Part shown: positions 21,417 through 31,935 of the stretch, piece by piece
How positions within the stretch are numbered: the first letter of the stretch is position 1
How the letters are laid out: each line of letters starts with the position of its first letter
Source of the DNA: a virus
Taxonomy: Duplodnaviria; Caudoviricetes
Direction: 5' to 3' (one strand)
Length of the DNA stretch: 60,088 nt
Virus record (IMG/VR): IMGVR_UViG_3300005758_000016
Location: 1 to 60,088 of that record
Translations under genes and position numbers: made by a program
The notes under the pieces: model-generated
Database searches by the model: none
Seen by the model: only the letters and a program-made list of their open reading frames with translations
What the model was told of the DNA's origin: nothing

Positions 21417-22553
21417 TTAAGCTGCGTTTACAGTAACGTACTCGATCTCTAGTTCGTTAGCTTGTGCAATATCAAATGCACCTGTTGCAGAACCTTGAGC
21501 AGTAAAGTTAATTGTTGTAGACACAACCTGTTCTGCGTTTACGGCTGGAATACTCAGCACAACTGCTGGCATAGTAAAGTCAACGTGTGTTAGGCTGCTT
21601 GCACCACCAACTGCAATCTTCATGTAGAAAGCAGGATTAACTTCAGTGCTGCTACCGGCCAACATTGTACTCATAAGGTCAGCGGTATTACCACTACCAG
21701 TACGTAAGTAAGCGTTTAAGCTGCCTGTGATACTGCGAGTACTTGTAAAGTATGTAAACGGTTTGTTAACAACTGCCAAGTTAGCTGGTGTTAGGTACGT
21801 AACATTATTACTGATAGTTAAACTGCCGCCTGTAATTGGCAAGTTGTACGCTGTGCCGCCTGCACCAATACCAGCATCTAGTGTAACTGTACTTAGCTTG
21901 TTGGCAATATATGGAGCAGTTGTATTCTTGCCTAGTGCGCTGCCTGTTAAGCTGCCACTGAAGGTTACTGTGGTTGTGCCGGACAGCGTTGGTGTGGTAA
22001 TCTGACGTAGGATAGCACCTTGACCAGCCCACTGAACAGACGCAATTGCGTCTAGACCAAAATCGATAGTAGCGGTGTTTAGCACACAGTTATCGATAAT
22101 GAATGTGGTTGTGTCGATGGTAATAATCATACCAAACTTTTGCAAGTTGTGTACGTCACTGTTTGCTAGTGTACACACTGCGCTGGCAATACCGTCAACC
22201 CAAGCTGCGTCGGGACTACCGATTGCAGCGTCACTGAACATTGCGTTCCACAACACACTTTCTTCACACGTAATATTTGTACCGCCGTCGGCAGGGCGCA
22301 TATACGTAGTAAACGAAAAGTCTGCTGGATCTAGTGAGGTATTAAAGCTACGCTGGCCACGAACTGGTGCTGCACCTGCTTCGTTTAGCGTAACTGTTTC
22401 TTGTGTTGTATTTTGGCTAAAGCTGAAGCCGTCTAGCACTTGAATTTCGCGAGTATTATCTGTAGTAAAACCACTACTCAATACTACTCCGCTTACTGGA
22501 TTAACGTTAGTCGTGAAGAAAACACGACTATTACGAATTAAGTTAAATGACAT
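21417..22553 (-). CDS. Major tail tube protein (T5 pb6-like)
   Basis: LIRNSRVF..EAG..P.RG.RSFN.SL.PA..SFTTY resembles the T5 pb6 N-terminus. Confidence 0.85.
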   Translation of the reverse strand: MSFNLIRNSRVFFTTNVNPVSGVVLSSGFTTDNTREIQVLDGFSFSQNTTQETVTLNEAGAAPVRGQRSFNTSLDPADFSFTTYMRPADGGTNITCEESVLWNAMFSDAAIGSPDAAWVDGIASAVCTLANSDVHNLQKFGMIITIDTTTFIIDNCVLNTATIDFGLDAIASVQWAGQGAILRQITTPTLSGTTTVTFSGSLTGSALGKNTTAPYIANKLSTVTLDAGIGAGGTAYNLPITGGSLTISNNVTYLTPANLAVVNKPFTYFTSTRSITGSLNAYLRTGSGNTADLMSTMLAGSSTEVNPAFYMKIAVGGASSLTHVDFTMPAVVLSIPAVNAEQVVSTTINFTAQGSATGAFDIAQANELEIEYVTVNAA

Positions 22554-22628
22554 ATCTCATTCCTTATAGTTAGTGCTTAAGCATGTGAACAAGACATTTA
22601 TCTGTTACCTATGCCGCCAGCACGGATA

Positions 22629-23063
22629 TTACATGGTCGCATATCGAACCTGTAAGTTAACTTCACCTACAGCGTACGGAGCTAGCAAGCCTTCGTCTGT
22701 GGTAATAGAAGTTATTAAAATTTCTGTGGTTTCGTAACCACGGTCGTCATACACTAGCACACGGTTAGCATCAACAACGCGTTCAACGTCTTCTAGTAAG
22801 GCTTCTAATTGTTCTTGTGAGGTTTCTCCTCTACAGTACACTTTTACACTGATGTTTAGAAACGTCCAACTAAAGTCGGCTGGGTGGTACTCTCGTGTTT
22901 CCATGCCTGGTGTCATGTATACGCACGGGAAATCTTGCACTTCGTCCCAAAATTTTAGTTTTGGATAGCTGTTGTTAAAAATATTGGAGTTGTATGGTGG
23001 TTGACCATCAATTTGCTTAAACTTTTCGCTGAGTGCTTTAACTATACTTGTTCTTTTACTCAT
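22629..23063 (-). CDS. Tail terminator (T5 p142-like)
   Basis: ITTDEGLLAPY.VGE motif; synteny. Confidence 0.75.
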   Translation of the reverse strand: MSKRTSIVKALSEKFKQIDGQPPYNSNIFNNSYPKLKFWDEVQDFPCVYMTPGMETREYHPADFSWTFLNISVKVYCRGETSQEQLEALLEDVERVVDANRVLVYDDRGYETTEILITSITTDEGLLAPYAVGEVNLQVRYATM

Positions 23064-24847
23064 AAGGCTACGGCCCTTAATCTATTAGCAACTTCTTGCT
23101 GTACGATTTCACGAATTGATTTTGCAATCAGCAGTTTAGGATCACGACTGCGTGGACTAGACTGCGCACCACTCTCACTAAACGTTGCGTAAGGATTTCG
23201 CATGTAACTGTAAAAGGCTGTTATCATTCCTGCTCTACTCTCGCTTAATCTCTCTACCTTGACACTTTCAGCAAATCTGCCAGTACGTAAATTTAATATA
23301 TCCCTACGTGAGCCGTCCCCCATATTTTCTTTTATTTTTTGGGTTAGATTTGCGTTTATTAGTGAAAGCAGATCCAGCAAACTAGTTTTTGCTAGTTCGG
23401 GAACTTGTCTTTTTACTCGTTTTGGGGCACTTAAATCCTTTTTTCCGGACTTTTTTACAGGTACAGGCTTAACTCCTGAATTTTTACGCACAGGCTTTTT
23501 ATTTTTTCCAGCCAGTCTCTTATCAACGGAAGTATCGCTTGGTGTGGGCAGTACTTTTTTAGTTATTGCCGACACAACCCTATTAACTGCCGCCGTTTTT
23601 ACAGAGTCAGAGCCTTCTGAGTTTAGCAGCACGTCTGCAAAAATATCTATCTGGCTTGTAATGCGCTTTACGTACTCACCTAATATCTTATTTTCTGCCG
23701 CATTAATAGACTGTGCTATTTGTTGGGCAACTTGTGCGATAGTACCTATCTCTTTGAACAGACCTTCTAGCTGTGCGGCAAAATTTGACGACTTAGGGTC
23801 ACGTACTTGTTCTGTACCGCCAGCTAGTGTTACAAACTTTGCACTTTGTGCCGACTCTATTAGTTTTTCTAATTTTTTTCCAGCGTCTCTAAGTAAGTTT
23901 CCTGTACCCGTATTATCCATAGATAACTGTATTTCTGCGGCTGACGTCGGTTTATCTGGGTTTAGGTAAACTTGTTTAGAAAGCTGTACAAATATTTCTG
24001 GATTAGTTTTTATAGACGAGGACAAAAAGTCTATACTTTCCATTAGATTAAATGCGGCAGAGAAAGTACTGTTCAATCTACGGATAGCCTCAATATCTTC
24101 CTTTTCGTTTTCTTGTATATTGGAAAATATGTCGACGGATAGCTCACCTAGAGTATAATTGTTATCCGAAGTGGCTCCAAAAGCTCGAAATAGCTTTTGA
24201 TTAAAAATACCTAACAAGTGTCCTGCATCAGTATTTGCAGAAATAAATTCTACTAGAGGCGGAGGGGTTTTGATACTTAGTAAATAACTGTCGAATAGCT
24301 TATTTATAGTACCGTGTTGAGTTTCTGGTATTAAAAATGTTGAACTATCTTCTAGCTCTTTTACTTGTAGATTCTGAGATTTTACGTATTCCATAAAATC
24401 AGTGTACAAATTAGTATTTGATAATACTAAATCCGCTTGTCTGGCTAAGTCTCTAACAGCAGTTTCTAACACTGATTTTTGATCTGGGTTATTAGACTGC
24501 TTGATAATACTTTTTAAATAAGCTTTTAATTTAGAATATCCCGCTTGCTTAGATATTTCGCCGTTTTTATCAAGTACACGATACCCTACAGAGCCAATGC
24601 CTTGAGATAAATTTCTAAATCCTGCAGCTAGTTCTTGTAACCCGTTTAATCCAAATATACCGGTTTGATTTGGGTCAGTAATTATACGAGTTACATTAGA
24701 GGACGTAACTTTGGTCTCAATAAAACTTCCGCCAAAACGCTTACCTGGTAGCAAAGCGGTAGCTTTTGCTATATCTTCCTGTACTTTGGTAACTAAATTG
24801 TTTAGTATACGCTGCTGCAGTGTTTGGCTGAGACTACTTACGCTCAT
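23060..24847 (-). CDS. Tail completion protein (T5 p143-like C-terminus) with long N-terminal extension
   Basis: RTGRFAESV..YMRNPY.TF..RDPK.LI..SIR motif; synteny. Confidence 0.65.
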   Translation of the reverse strand: MSVSSLSQTLQQRILNNLVTKVQEDIAKATALLPGKRFGGSFIETKVTSSNVTRIITDPNQTGIFGLNGLQELAAGFRNLSQGIGSVGYRVLDKNGEISKQAGYSKLKAYLKSIIKQSNNPDQKSVLETAVRDLARQADLVLSNTNLYTDFMEYVKSQNLQVKELEDSSTFLIPETQHGTINKLFDSYLLSIKTPPPLVEFISANTDAGHLLGIFNQKLFRAFGATSDNNYTLGELSVDIFSNIQENEKEDIEAIRRLNSTFSAAFNLMESIDFLSSSIKTNPEIFVQLSKQVYLNPDKPTSAAEIQLSMDNTGTGNLLRDAGKKLEKLIESAQSAKFVTLAGGTEQVRDPKSSNFAAQLEGLFKEIGTIAQVAQQIAQSINAAENKILGEYVKRITSQIDIFADVLLNSEGSDSVKTAAVNRVVSAITKKVLPTPSDTSVDKRLAGKNKKPVRKNSGVKPVPVKKSGKKDLSAPKRVKRQVPELAKTSLLDLLSLINANLTQKIKENMGDGSRRDILNLRTGRFAESVKVERLSESRAGMITAFYSYMRNPYATFSESGAQSSPRSRDPKLLIAKSIREIVQQEVANRLRAVAL

Positions 24848-25410
24848 GTATAATCCGCCACGTACTGATCAAGCACACGTTTAATGTGTGCTGGTAAACT
24901 AGTTGTGCTAATGTACTCTATTTGCACACTGTTTGTACCAGGTGCTTTGTTGCTGTGAATAGCCCCGTCATTTTTACGGTAGTACGTAACTAAGTCGAGT
25001 ACTGCTAGTTTTAAATCTTCTGGTACTAACTCGTAACCACCAAAGTACGATACTTTGTAACCATTAATGTGTGGCTCAAAGCCTGCTGGATTAATCGACA
25101 CAATGTAATCACCGTCTTGTACCCAGTCTACAAACTTCGTTAATTTAGTATAGCTTTGACCGTAGTTTGTGCTTTTTTCTACGCTGATAACTTGTACTAG
25201 CGGTGTTTCGCTTAGTATAAAGCTGCCGAATCCGCCACGAAAAATTTCAGTTTTAATCTCGTCGTAGAAATCAATGAAAGTTCTCCGGCAATAGGTTTTT
25301 ACCAGCTCCGAGACTTTTGGGATCAACAAGTCGATTTCTGCGTCGTGATTAGTACTAGTAATACTTGCGTAGGCTTTGTACTCGGCTTTTGTAATTAAAT
25401 TTGCACCCAT
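24844..25410 (-). CDS. Head completion/head-tail connector (T5 p144-like)
   Basis: VPEDLKLA..LV.YY and PAHIKRVLD motifs; synteny. Confidence 0.75.
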   Translation of the reverse strand: MGANLITKAEYKAYASITSTNHDAEIDLLIPKVSELVKTYCRRTFIDFYDEIKTEIFRGGFGSFILSETPLVQVISVEKSTNYGQSYTKLTKFVDWVQDGDYIVSINPAGFEPHINGYKVSYFGGYELVPEDLKLAVLDLVTYYRKNDGAIHSNKAPGTNSVQIEYISTTSLPAHIKRVLDQYVADYT

Positions 25411-25491
25411 AGTCTGCCTTTCTTGTCTTTTAATGTAGCTTGTGTAAACTACATTAAAAGACAGGGATCATTAGATCCCTGTCACATTACA

Positions 25492-27420
25492 TTAAGCTAC
25501 GTAACGTAGTGCGCTTACGCCAGCACCGTTGTTAGTTGTAACTTGTGTTAGACCTGTGCGTAGGCTTGCAACCATAACACGACGCTGTGTTTCCACTAGA
25601 TCGTCGGTGTCAACGCGTAGACCGCGCTGGTTACCTGCCAGGAAGTTCATTGGAGCAAAAGCGATTGCACCAACTTCACCGTCTGCTGGAGAAGCAAATT
25701 CAGCACTTACTAGCACTGGTGTGTTAGCAACGCTACCGATTTGACCAGTTAACAGAGTAGCTTGGCTACCGATTTTGTCAACAGTCTGGAAATCAGCATC
25801 GTCTAGTAGGTCATAGTAACCTTCTGTGCTTACGATATAGATCATTTCGGCTGGGTCTAGACCCCATGCGCCTAGATCACGACGCATAGCGCGTAGACGT
25901 GCAACAGTTAGTTTGTCAGCATTGCTGATATCTAGGGTGACTGCGCTTACTGCATCGTAACCAGCTAGACCTTTAACTGGGTCAGCGCCTGCACCTGCAC
26001 CGCGTAGATATGCGCGGTCAACAGCGCGAGCAACACGGCGAACCATGGCGTCACGGATAACAGGCATAATTGCTAGTAGCGCGTCTTCCTCTTCTTCGAA
26101 CGCAACATACTCGTTTGTAGCAACTTTGTATGCGTTCAGAGTGATTTCTTTTAGTTGGTGAGTAGCGTTGTTACCAGCACTGTTTGCTGTACCAAACTGT
26201 GCGTTTTGTACCCATGTTGCAACACCAGCTTCTGGGTTTACAGGGATAGTCATAACGTTAGTTTGCATCTGGATGCTACGTAGAGTAGGAGCAACAACTA
26301 GACGACGGCGAACTTCGTTTTCCATGTTTAGGCTAACTTCTAGTTCCCAGGTTGCGCTTGGAACGTGAGCACCAGCTTTTTCAACCATTTGACGACCAAA
26401 CTTGGTGTCGGCTAGAGCCTTACCGCTCATCTTGGCCAGCATAACTGCCTTTTCTTTGTCAGCGTAGCTTAGTTCACCAGCCTTGCTGTCGTTGAACTGC
26501 ATTTTGCTCTTTTGAATAGCTTCTAGTTCAGCAGCTTTTTCTTTTAGAGCAGCCTCTAGACCCTCTAGGGCTTTCTTGCTGGACTCTTGGGTCTCAGCAA
26601 GACGCTTTTCAACTTCGGCTAGCAGTTTGTCAGCGCCAGTTTCGCTTGGTGTAACAGCAGCAACTGCAGCTTTGATGCGTGCTTGTAGTTCGGCTTCTGC
26701 TTTTTCAGCAGCAGCTTTTTCAGCAGCAGCTTTCTCTTGGGCTTCAACTAAAGCCTTGGCAGCTTGTGTAGCGGCTTTTTCAGCAGCAGCAGCCAACATT
26801 TGTTCTAATTCTTTTGGATCCATTTTCCATTCCTTATTAACAGTACTGTTTGCTGTACCAGAGGCTTCTAGCCCTTTAGCTGAGTCGCTACTAGCTGCAA
26901 ACTGCATTTTAAAAGATTTAAATTCTTCGGCACTTTCAAACGCCTTAGAGAGACTAAATAGAGTATTTTGATTTGCTGGTACAGAAACTACACTAATTTC
27001 GTGCAGTTCCAACTCTTTGACCATAAACACTTCTGCGGCTGAATTGTATTCTGCATCTACGATGCGGAATCCAATACTAAAAGCTGTTAAGACGCCATCT
27101 TTAACTAAATTAAACACGTCTTCGGCGGCTGCGGAAACTCTGGCTTTGATCCAAAGTCCTTTTTCGTCGATTCTGTGTTCTACCATTCTGCCAATCGGCT
27201 CGTCGTGTTTGTGGTACGCAAGAATTACTGGATTCTTCAAGTAATTCTGCATGCCTTTTTCCCAAACACCCGCCGGGACTACGTCACCGTGTCGATCAAT
27301 ATCGTTGGTACTTGCGTAGCCTTCGATAGTGATGGAATCAACAGTGCCTTCAGCAGTTGGTAGTTCGCTTTTAGTTACAAGGGCACCTGTTAAGTGCAGT
27401 AACTTATTTTTATCTACCAT
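25492..27420 (-). CDS. HK97-type prohead protease fused to major capsid protein
   Basis: IEGYAST..DR.GD, FSIGF, EISVVSVPAN protease motifs; then coiled-coil delta domain and HK97 capsid fold; internal AAGGA-7 nt-ATG at 26823. Confidence 0.9.
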   Translation of the reverse strand: MVDKNKLLHLTGALVTKSELPTAEGTVDSITIEGYASTNDIDRHGDVVPAGVWEKGMQNYLKNPVILAYHKHDEPIGRMVEHRIDEKGLWIKARVSAAAEDVFNLVKDGVLTAFSIGFRIVDAEYNSAAEVFMVKELELHEISVVSVPANQNTLFSLSKAFESAEEFKSFKMQFAASSDSAKGLEASGTANSTVNKEWKMDPKELEQMLAAAAEKAATQAAKALVEAQEKAAAEKAAAEKAEAELQARIKAAVAAVTPSETGADKLLAEVEKRLAETQESSKKALEGLEAALKEKAAELEAIQKSKMQFNDSKAGELSYADKEKAVMLAKMSGKALADTKFGRQMVEKAGAHVPSATWELEVSLNMENEVRRRLVVAPTLRSIQMQTNVMTIPVNPEAGVATWVQNAQFGTANSAGNNATHQLKEITLNAYKVATNEYVAFEEEEDALLAIMPVIRDAMVRRVARAVDRAYLRGAGAGADPVKGLAGYDAVSAVTLDISNADKLTVARLRAMRRDLGAWGLDPAEMIYIVSTEGYYDLLDDADFQTVDKIGSQATLLTGQIGSVANTPVLVSAEFASPADGEVGAIAFAPMNFLAGNQRGLRVDTDDLVETQRRVMVASLRTGLTQVTTNNGAGVSALRYVA

Positions 27421-27433
27421 AATTTACCCTTTA

Positions 27434-28618
27434 TTATTCCCGATCAGAGGCGGGTCGTCCTCCTGTTGCCGGGTTTGCGGCCGATCCAGCTATGTTAGCT
27501 GGAATTCGTAAATCGTCGTTGCCGTCAATTGGATCGTAGCGTAGCTCTTGGCGAGCCTCATTAGCAGTAATAATACCAGCATTTACTAGTGTACTATGAT
27601 ACTGTGCTATATCTTTCATTTCAGGCTGTAATGCAGATACGCTTGCTGTAATTGGTTCCACGTCATATCCGAAGTATCGCTCGATAGCAGACACAAACTT
27701 GCGGTTAATTGGAAGCACTGTTTCCAGGTAAAATAAGCGTAAATTAGGGGAAATATTAGCATTGTTGCCCCCTGCTAGCAAGATTGGTGGTACTCCGATT
27801 GCTTGCATAATTTTCTCACCGTGAGTTTTTATGCTTTGATCAAAGTCCATGTCCTTGAAGTTTGTTTCGGCTAGTTGGTGCGGCTTTAGTCCGCTATCCA
27901 AGATTACTGGACGTTTTCCACCTTGCTTAACATTGTATTTTTGTAGCCAGTATTGAATTGTTTTTTCTTTGGCTACCTGTGACAGCGTATTGTCCGTTGT
28001 TAATACTAATCCAAATACAGCTCCGTTATCAAAGAAACTTTCTTGAAACGTTTGCATTGAATACAACAACTTAATAGATTTATCTGCTGCTTGCAGTCTG
28101 CTAGCGCCACGATAAATACTCTCACTGCTTAAGTCCCGGAAGTAAAATACTTCTGATTCCTTAAAGTCCACTAGTCCGTTGTACCTGAAGCCTTTGATAA
28201 ACGTTTTTTCGTCTGTTAAGATTTCCACATTTTGTGCAGGCAAGTGGTACATAAATACACCGTCAAAGTGTACAAATGCATTACCCTCTAGTACAAAGTC
28301 TGTGAACAGTGCAGTTCGAAAATCTTGTGCACTTTGATACGGATTAGGACGAAAGTTAAGTAGCGTATTTAGTGTTTTTTGACGAACGCCAACAACAACA
28401 CCATCGTGTACTTTGTCTTTCACGTCGTAGTCTAGGCTACTACAAGCACTTACCAACATGCTAACGCCGCGGTTTACTGCTTCTAGCTTTTGAAAACTTT
28501 GAAAGTACGTAATTGGTGCGGTTGTGCCTACCAACGTACCTTCTTCTTGTGCGATTCGCACCTGTGCAGGATTCAGTTTCTCGCGAATCCAATTTGTGCC
28601 TTTAGTTATCCAACTCAT
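27434..28618 (-). CDS. Portal protein
   Basis: RPNPYQ, LEGNAF, GVPP.LL, IT.NEAR motifs of HK97/T5 portals. Confidence 0.92.
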   Translation of the reverse strand: MSWITKGTNWIREKLNPAQVRIAQEEGTLVGTTAPITYFQSFQKLEAVNRGVSMLVSACSSLDYDVKDKVHDGVVVGVRQKTLNTLLNFRPNPYQSAQDFRTALFTDFVLEGNAFVHFDGVFMYHLPAQNVEILTDEKTFIKGFRYNGLVDFKESEVFYFRDLSSESIYRGASRLQAADKSIKLLYSMQTFQESFFDNGAVFGLVLTTDNTLSQVAKEKTIQYWLQKYNVKQGGKRPVILDSGLKPHQLAETNFKDMDFDQSIKTHGEKIMQAIGVPPILLAGGNNANISPNLRLFYLETVLPINRKFVSAIERYFGYDVEPITASVSALQPEMKDIAQYHSTLVNAGIITANEARQELRYDPIDGNDDLRIPANIAGSAANPATGGRPASDRE

Positions 28619-28626
28619 ATTTTCCC

Positions 28627-29058
28627 TTAGTAAAGCCCCGAGAAAAATGATCCATAACTACTGGTTGTTTTGACACTACCACCTGACAAATGTTTTTCTC
28701 GCTGTAGATTGATCCAGCGAGCTTGTTTAGGCTCGGAACCTGGTTGAGGCGCTTTTCCGTAAACACTATGTAGCGCTACATGGTGGTGATTACAAAGGGT
28801 GTAAACCTGGTCATATAGTTCCACATGGTGTTCAGCGATAAACTCGTCTCGTACAGCTAAAATACCTTCGTCGGTACTTATGTCGTAGCCTTTTCGTTGT
28901 GCCCACTTTTCCAACAGGATTGTGATTGAGTGTAGGTGATGTAGTTCTAAGTCAGCTGTGGTATCGCAGATAAAACAGGAACCTTTCTTTTCGTATGCTG
29001 CTTTTGCGCGATCACGCACCCACTTAACAGGAATGCGTTTGTTGGTGTTTTTTGCCAT
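28627..29058 (-). CDS. HNH nicking endonuclease (T5-like)
   Basis: CFIC..LELHH..TLC.HH..LH; synteny next to portal; start taken at MAKNT. Confidence 0.75.
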   Translation of the reverse strand: MAKNTNKRIPVKWVRDRAKAAYEKKGSCFICDTTADLELHHLHSITILLEKWAQRKGYDISTDEGILAVRDEFIAEHHVELYDQVYTLCNHHHVALHSVYGKAPQPGSEPKQARWINLQREKHLSGGSVKTTSSYGSFFSGLY

Positions 29059-29200
29059 AAAATTTTTGGACTTATAACTAATACTGTTATTGTAGCCGAA
29101 ATGTTCACAAAAGTCAAGTACCAAATTTTTTGTGCAGGTGTTAAAAAGTATCTTGATGGTTCGGCAGGGTTGTGGTATAATGTATTTTTAAAGGGTAAAT

Positions 29201-29773
29201 ATGGATTCGGGAATTTACAAAATAACTTTTTATACTGGACACTTTTATATTGGCAAGAGTGACAATATACCAGGCCGATGGAAAAACCACCAAAAGGCTT
29301 TTGAGCAGCGTAAACACACCAAGAAAATGCAAGCACTCTACGACCAGTGTGGTGAACCGCAATACGAGGTAGTGTTGCAAGTACACCCAGACCACGTGCA
29401 CATCTACGAAACTGTGTTAATACACCAGTTGTGGGGCGACAAGATCCTAAACACCACAAAACCCAAACCACTGAGTGCGGCGGACGCCCAACGCTACCTG
29501 GAGCTGTACGACGAAGTAACATTTAACGGCAGCAGTGCTATGCTGTTCTCCACGTTGCAACATCTAGAGGCTATTAAAACTACATTTCAAGAGCTGCAGC
29601 AAGCCAACCAGCGCGTCGAGCAGTTAGAGACTGCGGGCGTTGTGTTGCCACACGAAACTGAACAGCAGCTGCAACAACTGCGAGAAACTAAGTACAAGTA
29701 CTACAGCGAACTGCAACGACTCAAGCACCTAAGCTGGTGGGATCGACTCCTCAATTACAGGGTGTACGTATAA
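29201..29773 (+). CDS. GIY-YIG endonuclease with coiled-coil tail
   Basis: SGIY..FYIGKS..R..H; own promoter TTGATG..TATAAT at ~29153-29181; opposite strand to the operon. Confidence 0.75.
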   Translation: MDSGIYKITFYTGHFYIGKSDNIPGRWKNHQKAFEQRKHTKKMQALYDQCGEPQYEVVLQVHPDHVHIYETVLIHQLWGDKILNTTKPKPLSAADAQRYLELYDEVTFNGSSAMLFSTLQHLEAIKTTFQELQQANQRVEQLETAGVVLPHETEQQLQQLRETKYKYYSELQRLKHLSWWDRLLNYRVYV

Positions 29774-31056
29774 AGAGCGTAACGTAATGCGTCGGCCATA
29801 TGAGAATATTGGTTATGTTTAGGACGCTCCTTAGTTAAACCTTCTTTATTATCCCAAGCATATTGATCCATCATCTCCAGTACATGGCGGCAATGTGCAG
29901 CTACCCTCAACCTACCCTGAGCCACAAGGGTTTGGGTATACGCAATACCTGGTAAGACGTCTTTTTTGGCCTTAGTAGTAGCCAAGTCATATTGGTACGC
30001 AAGATCAGCACTAAACTGTGCTGCGGCGCTATCAATAAAGATGGTTTCTACGCCCCAACGCTCACATAGCTCACGAAACTTTGCTGCGTGTTGTTCTGTT
30101 GTTGCTTCGCTTTCTAGGTATTCATCCACTACATAGAAGGTATCTGTATCCCAACTATAGCATACTACAACAAAAGCTGTTGCATCGCGGTAGCCAGGGT
30201 CACAACCAGCAAAGAATTCACAATTACGAGCTTCCCTAATTTCAGGCGGCAACTCACTAAATGTATCAGAGTCTTTAAAATCATAAATCTGACCCTCGTA
30301 TGTGGTGAACGAAGCCATGTATTCTTGCTCGAACTCGGCTCGCGACATTGACCGGCGAGCCTCAGCCACGTCCGATTCCGCCATGCGAGTGTTCTCACTA
30401 TAATCCGCTTGTAAGCTAACCCACTCTGGAAAGTTAGGGTCAAACCCACGGTTCCAAAATTGACTAAACCAGTTTTGTTTACCACGGGGCGTGGAGATAA
30501 AAATGGCTTTGCTATTCGGCTTGTCTAGGGTAGGACGTAGTGCAACGTTAAAGGCTGCTTCACCACCTTCACCTAGTGCAGCTTCGTCAAAGATAATTAA
30601 GTCGTAGCTACGTCCAACGCAACTATCCACAGTGGATAAGGAACCCATGCGAATGGTACTTCCATTCTCCAGCTCAATAATTTTATCCTTTAAGTTGTCG
30701 CGTGCCACCTCCAGGTCAAAATGGCGGATCAGCTTGCGTTGTAGCTCAAACGAGATACCCGATAAGTTGTAGTTTGGGGATATGATGAGCACATTAGACC
30801 CAGGTACAAGTGTCACCAACTGCCCAATCACGTTGGCAATGTAGGTTTTGCCTAGGCGGCGCGCTAGCGCGGCGCACACAAAGCGGTAGCGGGGCGAGTT
30901 GACTGCGTTGATTAGGGCCAGTTGTGGACGGTTTACACTGTCCCAGATGTCTAGTAGCTTTAAGTAGTTGACGATTGGTAACTTAATAAATCGTGTCTCA
31001 CTAGGAAACTCGGTGATTGCGTCGCAATCAACGTCAGGGCGTGATACTACAAGCAT
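29755..31056 (-). CDS. terL: Terminase large subunit
   Basis: ARRLGKT Walker A, IIFDEAA Walker B, ISTP, DPG and H..DALRY nuclease motifs. Confidence 0.95.
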   Translation of the reverse strand: MLVVSRPDVDCDAITEFPSETRFIKLPIVNYLKLLDIWDSVNRPQLALINAVNSPRYRFVCAALARRLGKTYIANVIGQLVTLVPGSNVLIISPNYNLSGISFELQRKLIRHFDLEVARDNLKDKIIELENGSTIRMGSLSTVDSCVGRSYDLIIFDEAALGEGGEAAFNVALRPTLDKPNSKAIFISTPRGKQNWFSQFWNRGFDPNFPEWVSLQADYSENTRMAESDVAEARRSMSRAEFEQEYMASFTTYEGQIYDFKDSDTFSELPPEIREARNCEFFAGCDPGYRDATAFVVVCYSWDTDTFYVVDEYLESEATTEQHAAKFRELCERWGVETIFIDSAAAQFSADLAYQYDLATTKAKKDVLPGIAYTQTLVAQGRLRVAAHCRHVLEMMDQYAWDNKEGLTKERPKHNQYSHMADALRYALYTYTL

Positions 31057-31532
31057 TAAATACCCTCACCCGACACCAGTCGCTGCACAAGTTGCGAGTA
31101 CTTCGACCCGTCTAGCTCATTAATCTGCACATTCACCTGCTTTTGCGGGCCGGTGCTGCTACCTTGGCGTAGCTTTTCCAGCTGAATTTGTCGGTCTAGC
31201 AGGTCCATCGACATTTTATGCGACAGCTGTAGTAGGTCAGCAATGTCCTTATTGGATCCCACACCACCTTCCTCCAGCTCACTAAACTTTTGCTTTATAA
31301 GTGCGTCCATTGCACGGCGTAGTAAGAATCGGTTGTTGTAGCCTGTATCCATGAATACGGCGTCGATGTATCCACGCACTTCACGGCGTGCCAAGATGTT
31401 GGTAACCGCTTCGGGGCTTAGGTCTAGCTGGTTAGCCACTTCCCGGGGGTCTTGACATTGCAGGTAGCAATTGGCTACCTCCAGGGCCTCGGGGCTTATA
31501 TTGAGTGTTTCGGCAGGTAGGTTTTGCGTCAT
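31056..31532 (-). CDS. terS: Terminase small subunit (T5-like)
   Basis: ISPEALEVAN.YL..GYNNRF; GGAG RBS before MTQNL; immediately upstream of terL. Confidence 0.8.
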   Translation of the reverse strand: MTQNLPAETLNISPEALEVANCYLQCQDPREVANQLDLSPEAVTNILARREVRGYIDAVFMDTGYNNRFLLRRAMDALIKQKFSELEEGGVGSNKDIADLLQLSHKMSMDLLDRQIQLEKLRQGSSTGPQKQVNVQINELDGSKYSQLVQRLVSGEGI

Positions 31533-31935
31533 GTGTACTCCTTTTGGGTCAATTATAACACGTTGGGGTGTTGGGGGCAAGTACAAAATTTGGGTGGGTT
31601 AGCTGGGTTTAGTGTCGGGTTGGGGTCGACTTGCGTAAGTTTAGGGTCAGGGGGATACTTGGGACAATTGGACAATTTAGGGTCAGGCCGTGCCATGGTG
31701 TGGTATGGCACCGTAGCGATTGTCAAAAAATCCCATATAGGCCGCATGTGGGTGGGCTGTAAGCGAAAAAGTAATCAGTAAGTCTACTAACCGCCCCTGT
31801 CTGTAATACTTTTGTTTTCAAAGTATTTTGTGAACCAAATAGCTAATATGTAACAGATTGTAAAAATTCTAGAAAATGCTTGTGCGACTGTAAAAAGCCT
31901 GTATAATAGATCACATGGACAGCAAGGAAACACAA

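Noticed and set aside
1852-27511. Many plus-strand ORFs of 60-250 aa opposite structural genes
   Set aside because: Antisense shadows of the minus-strand genes with no RBS or motifs
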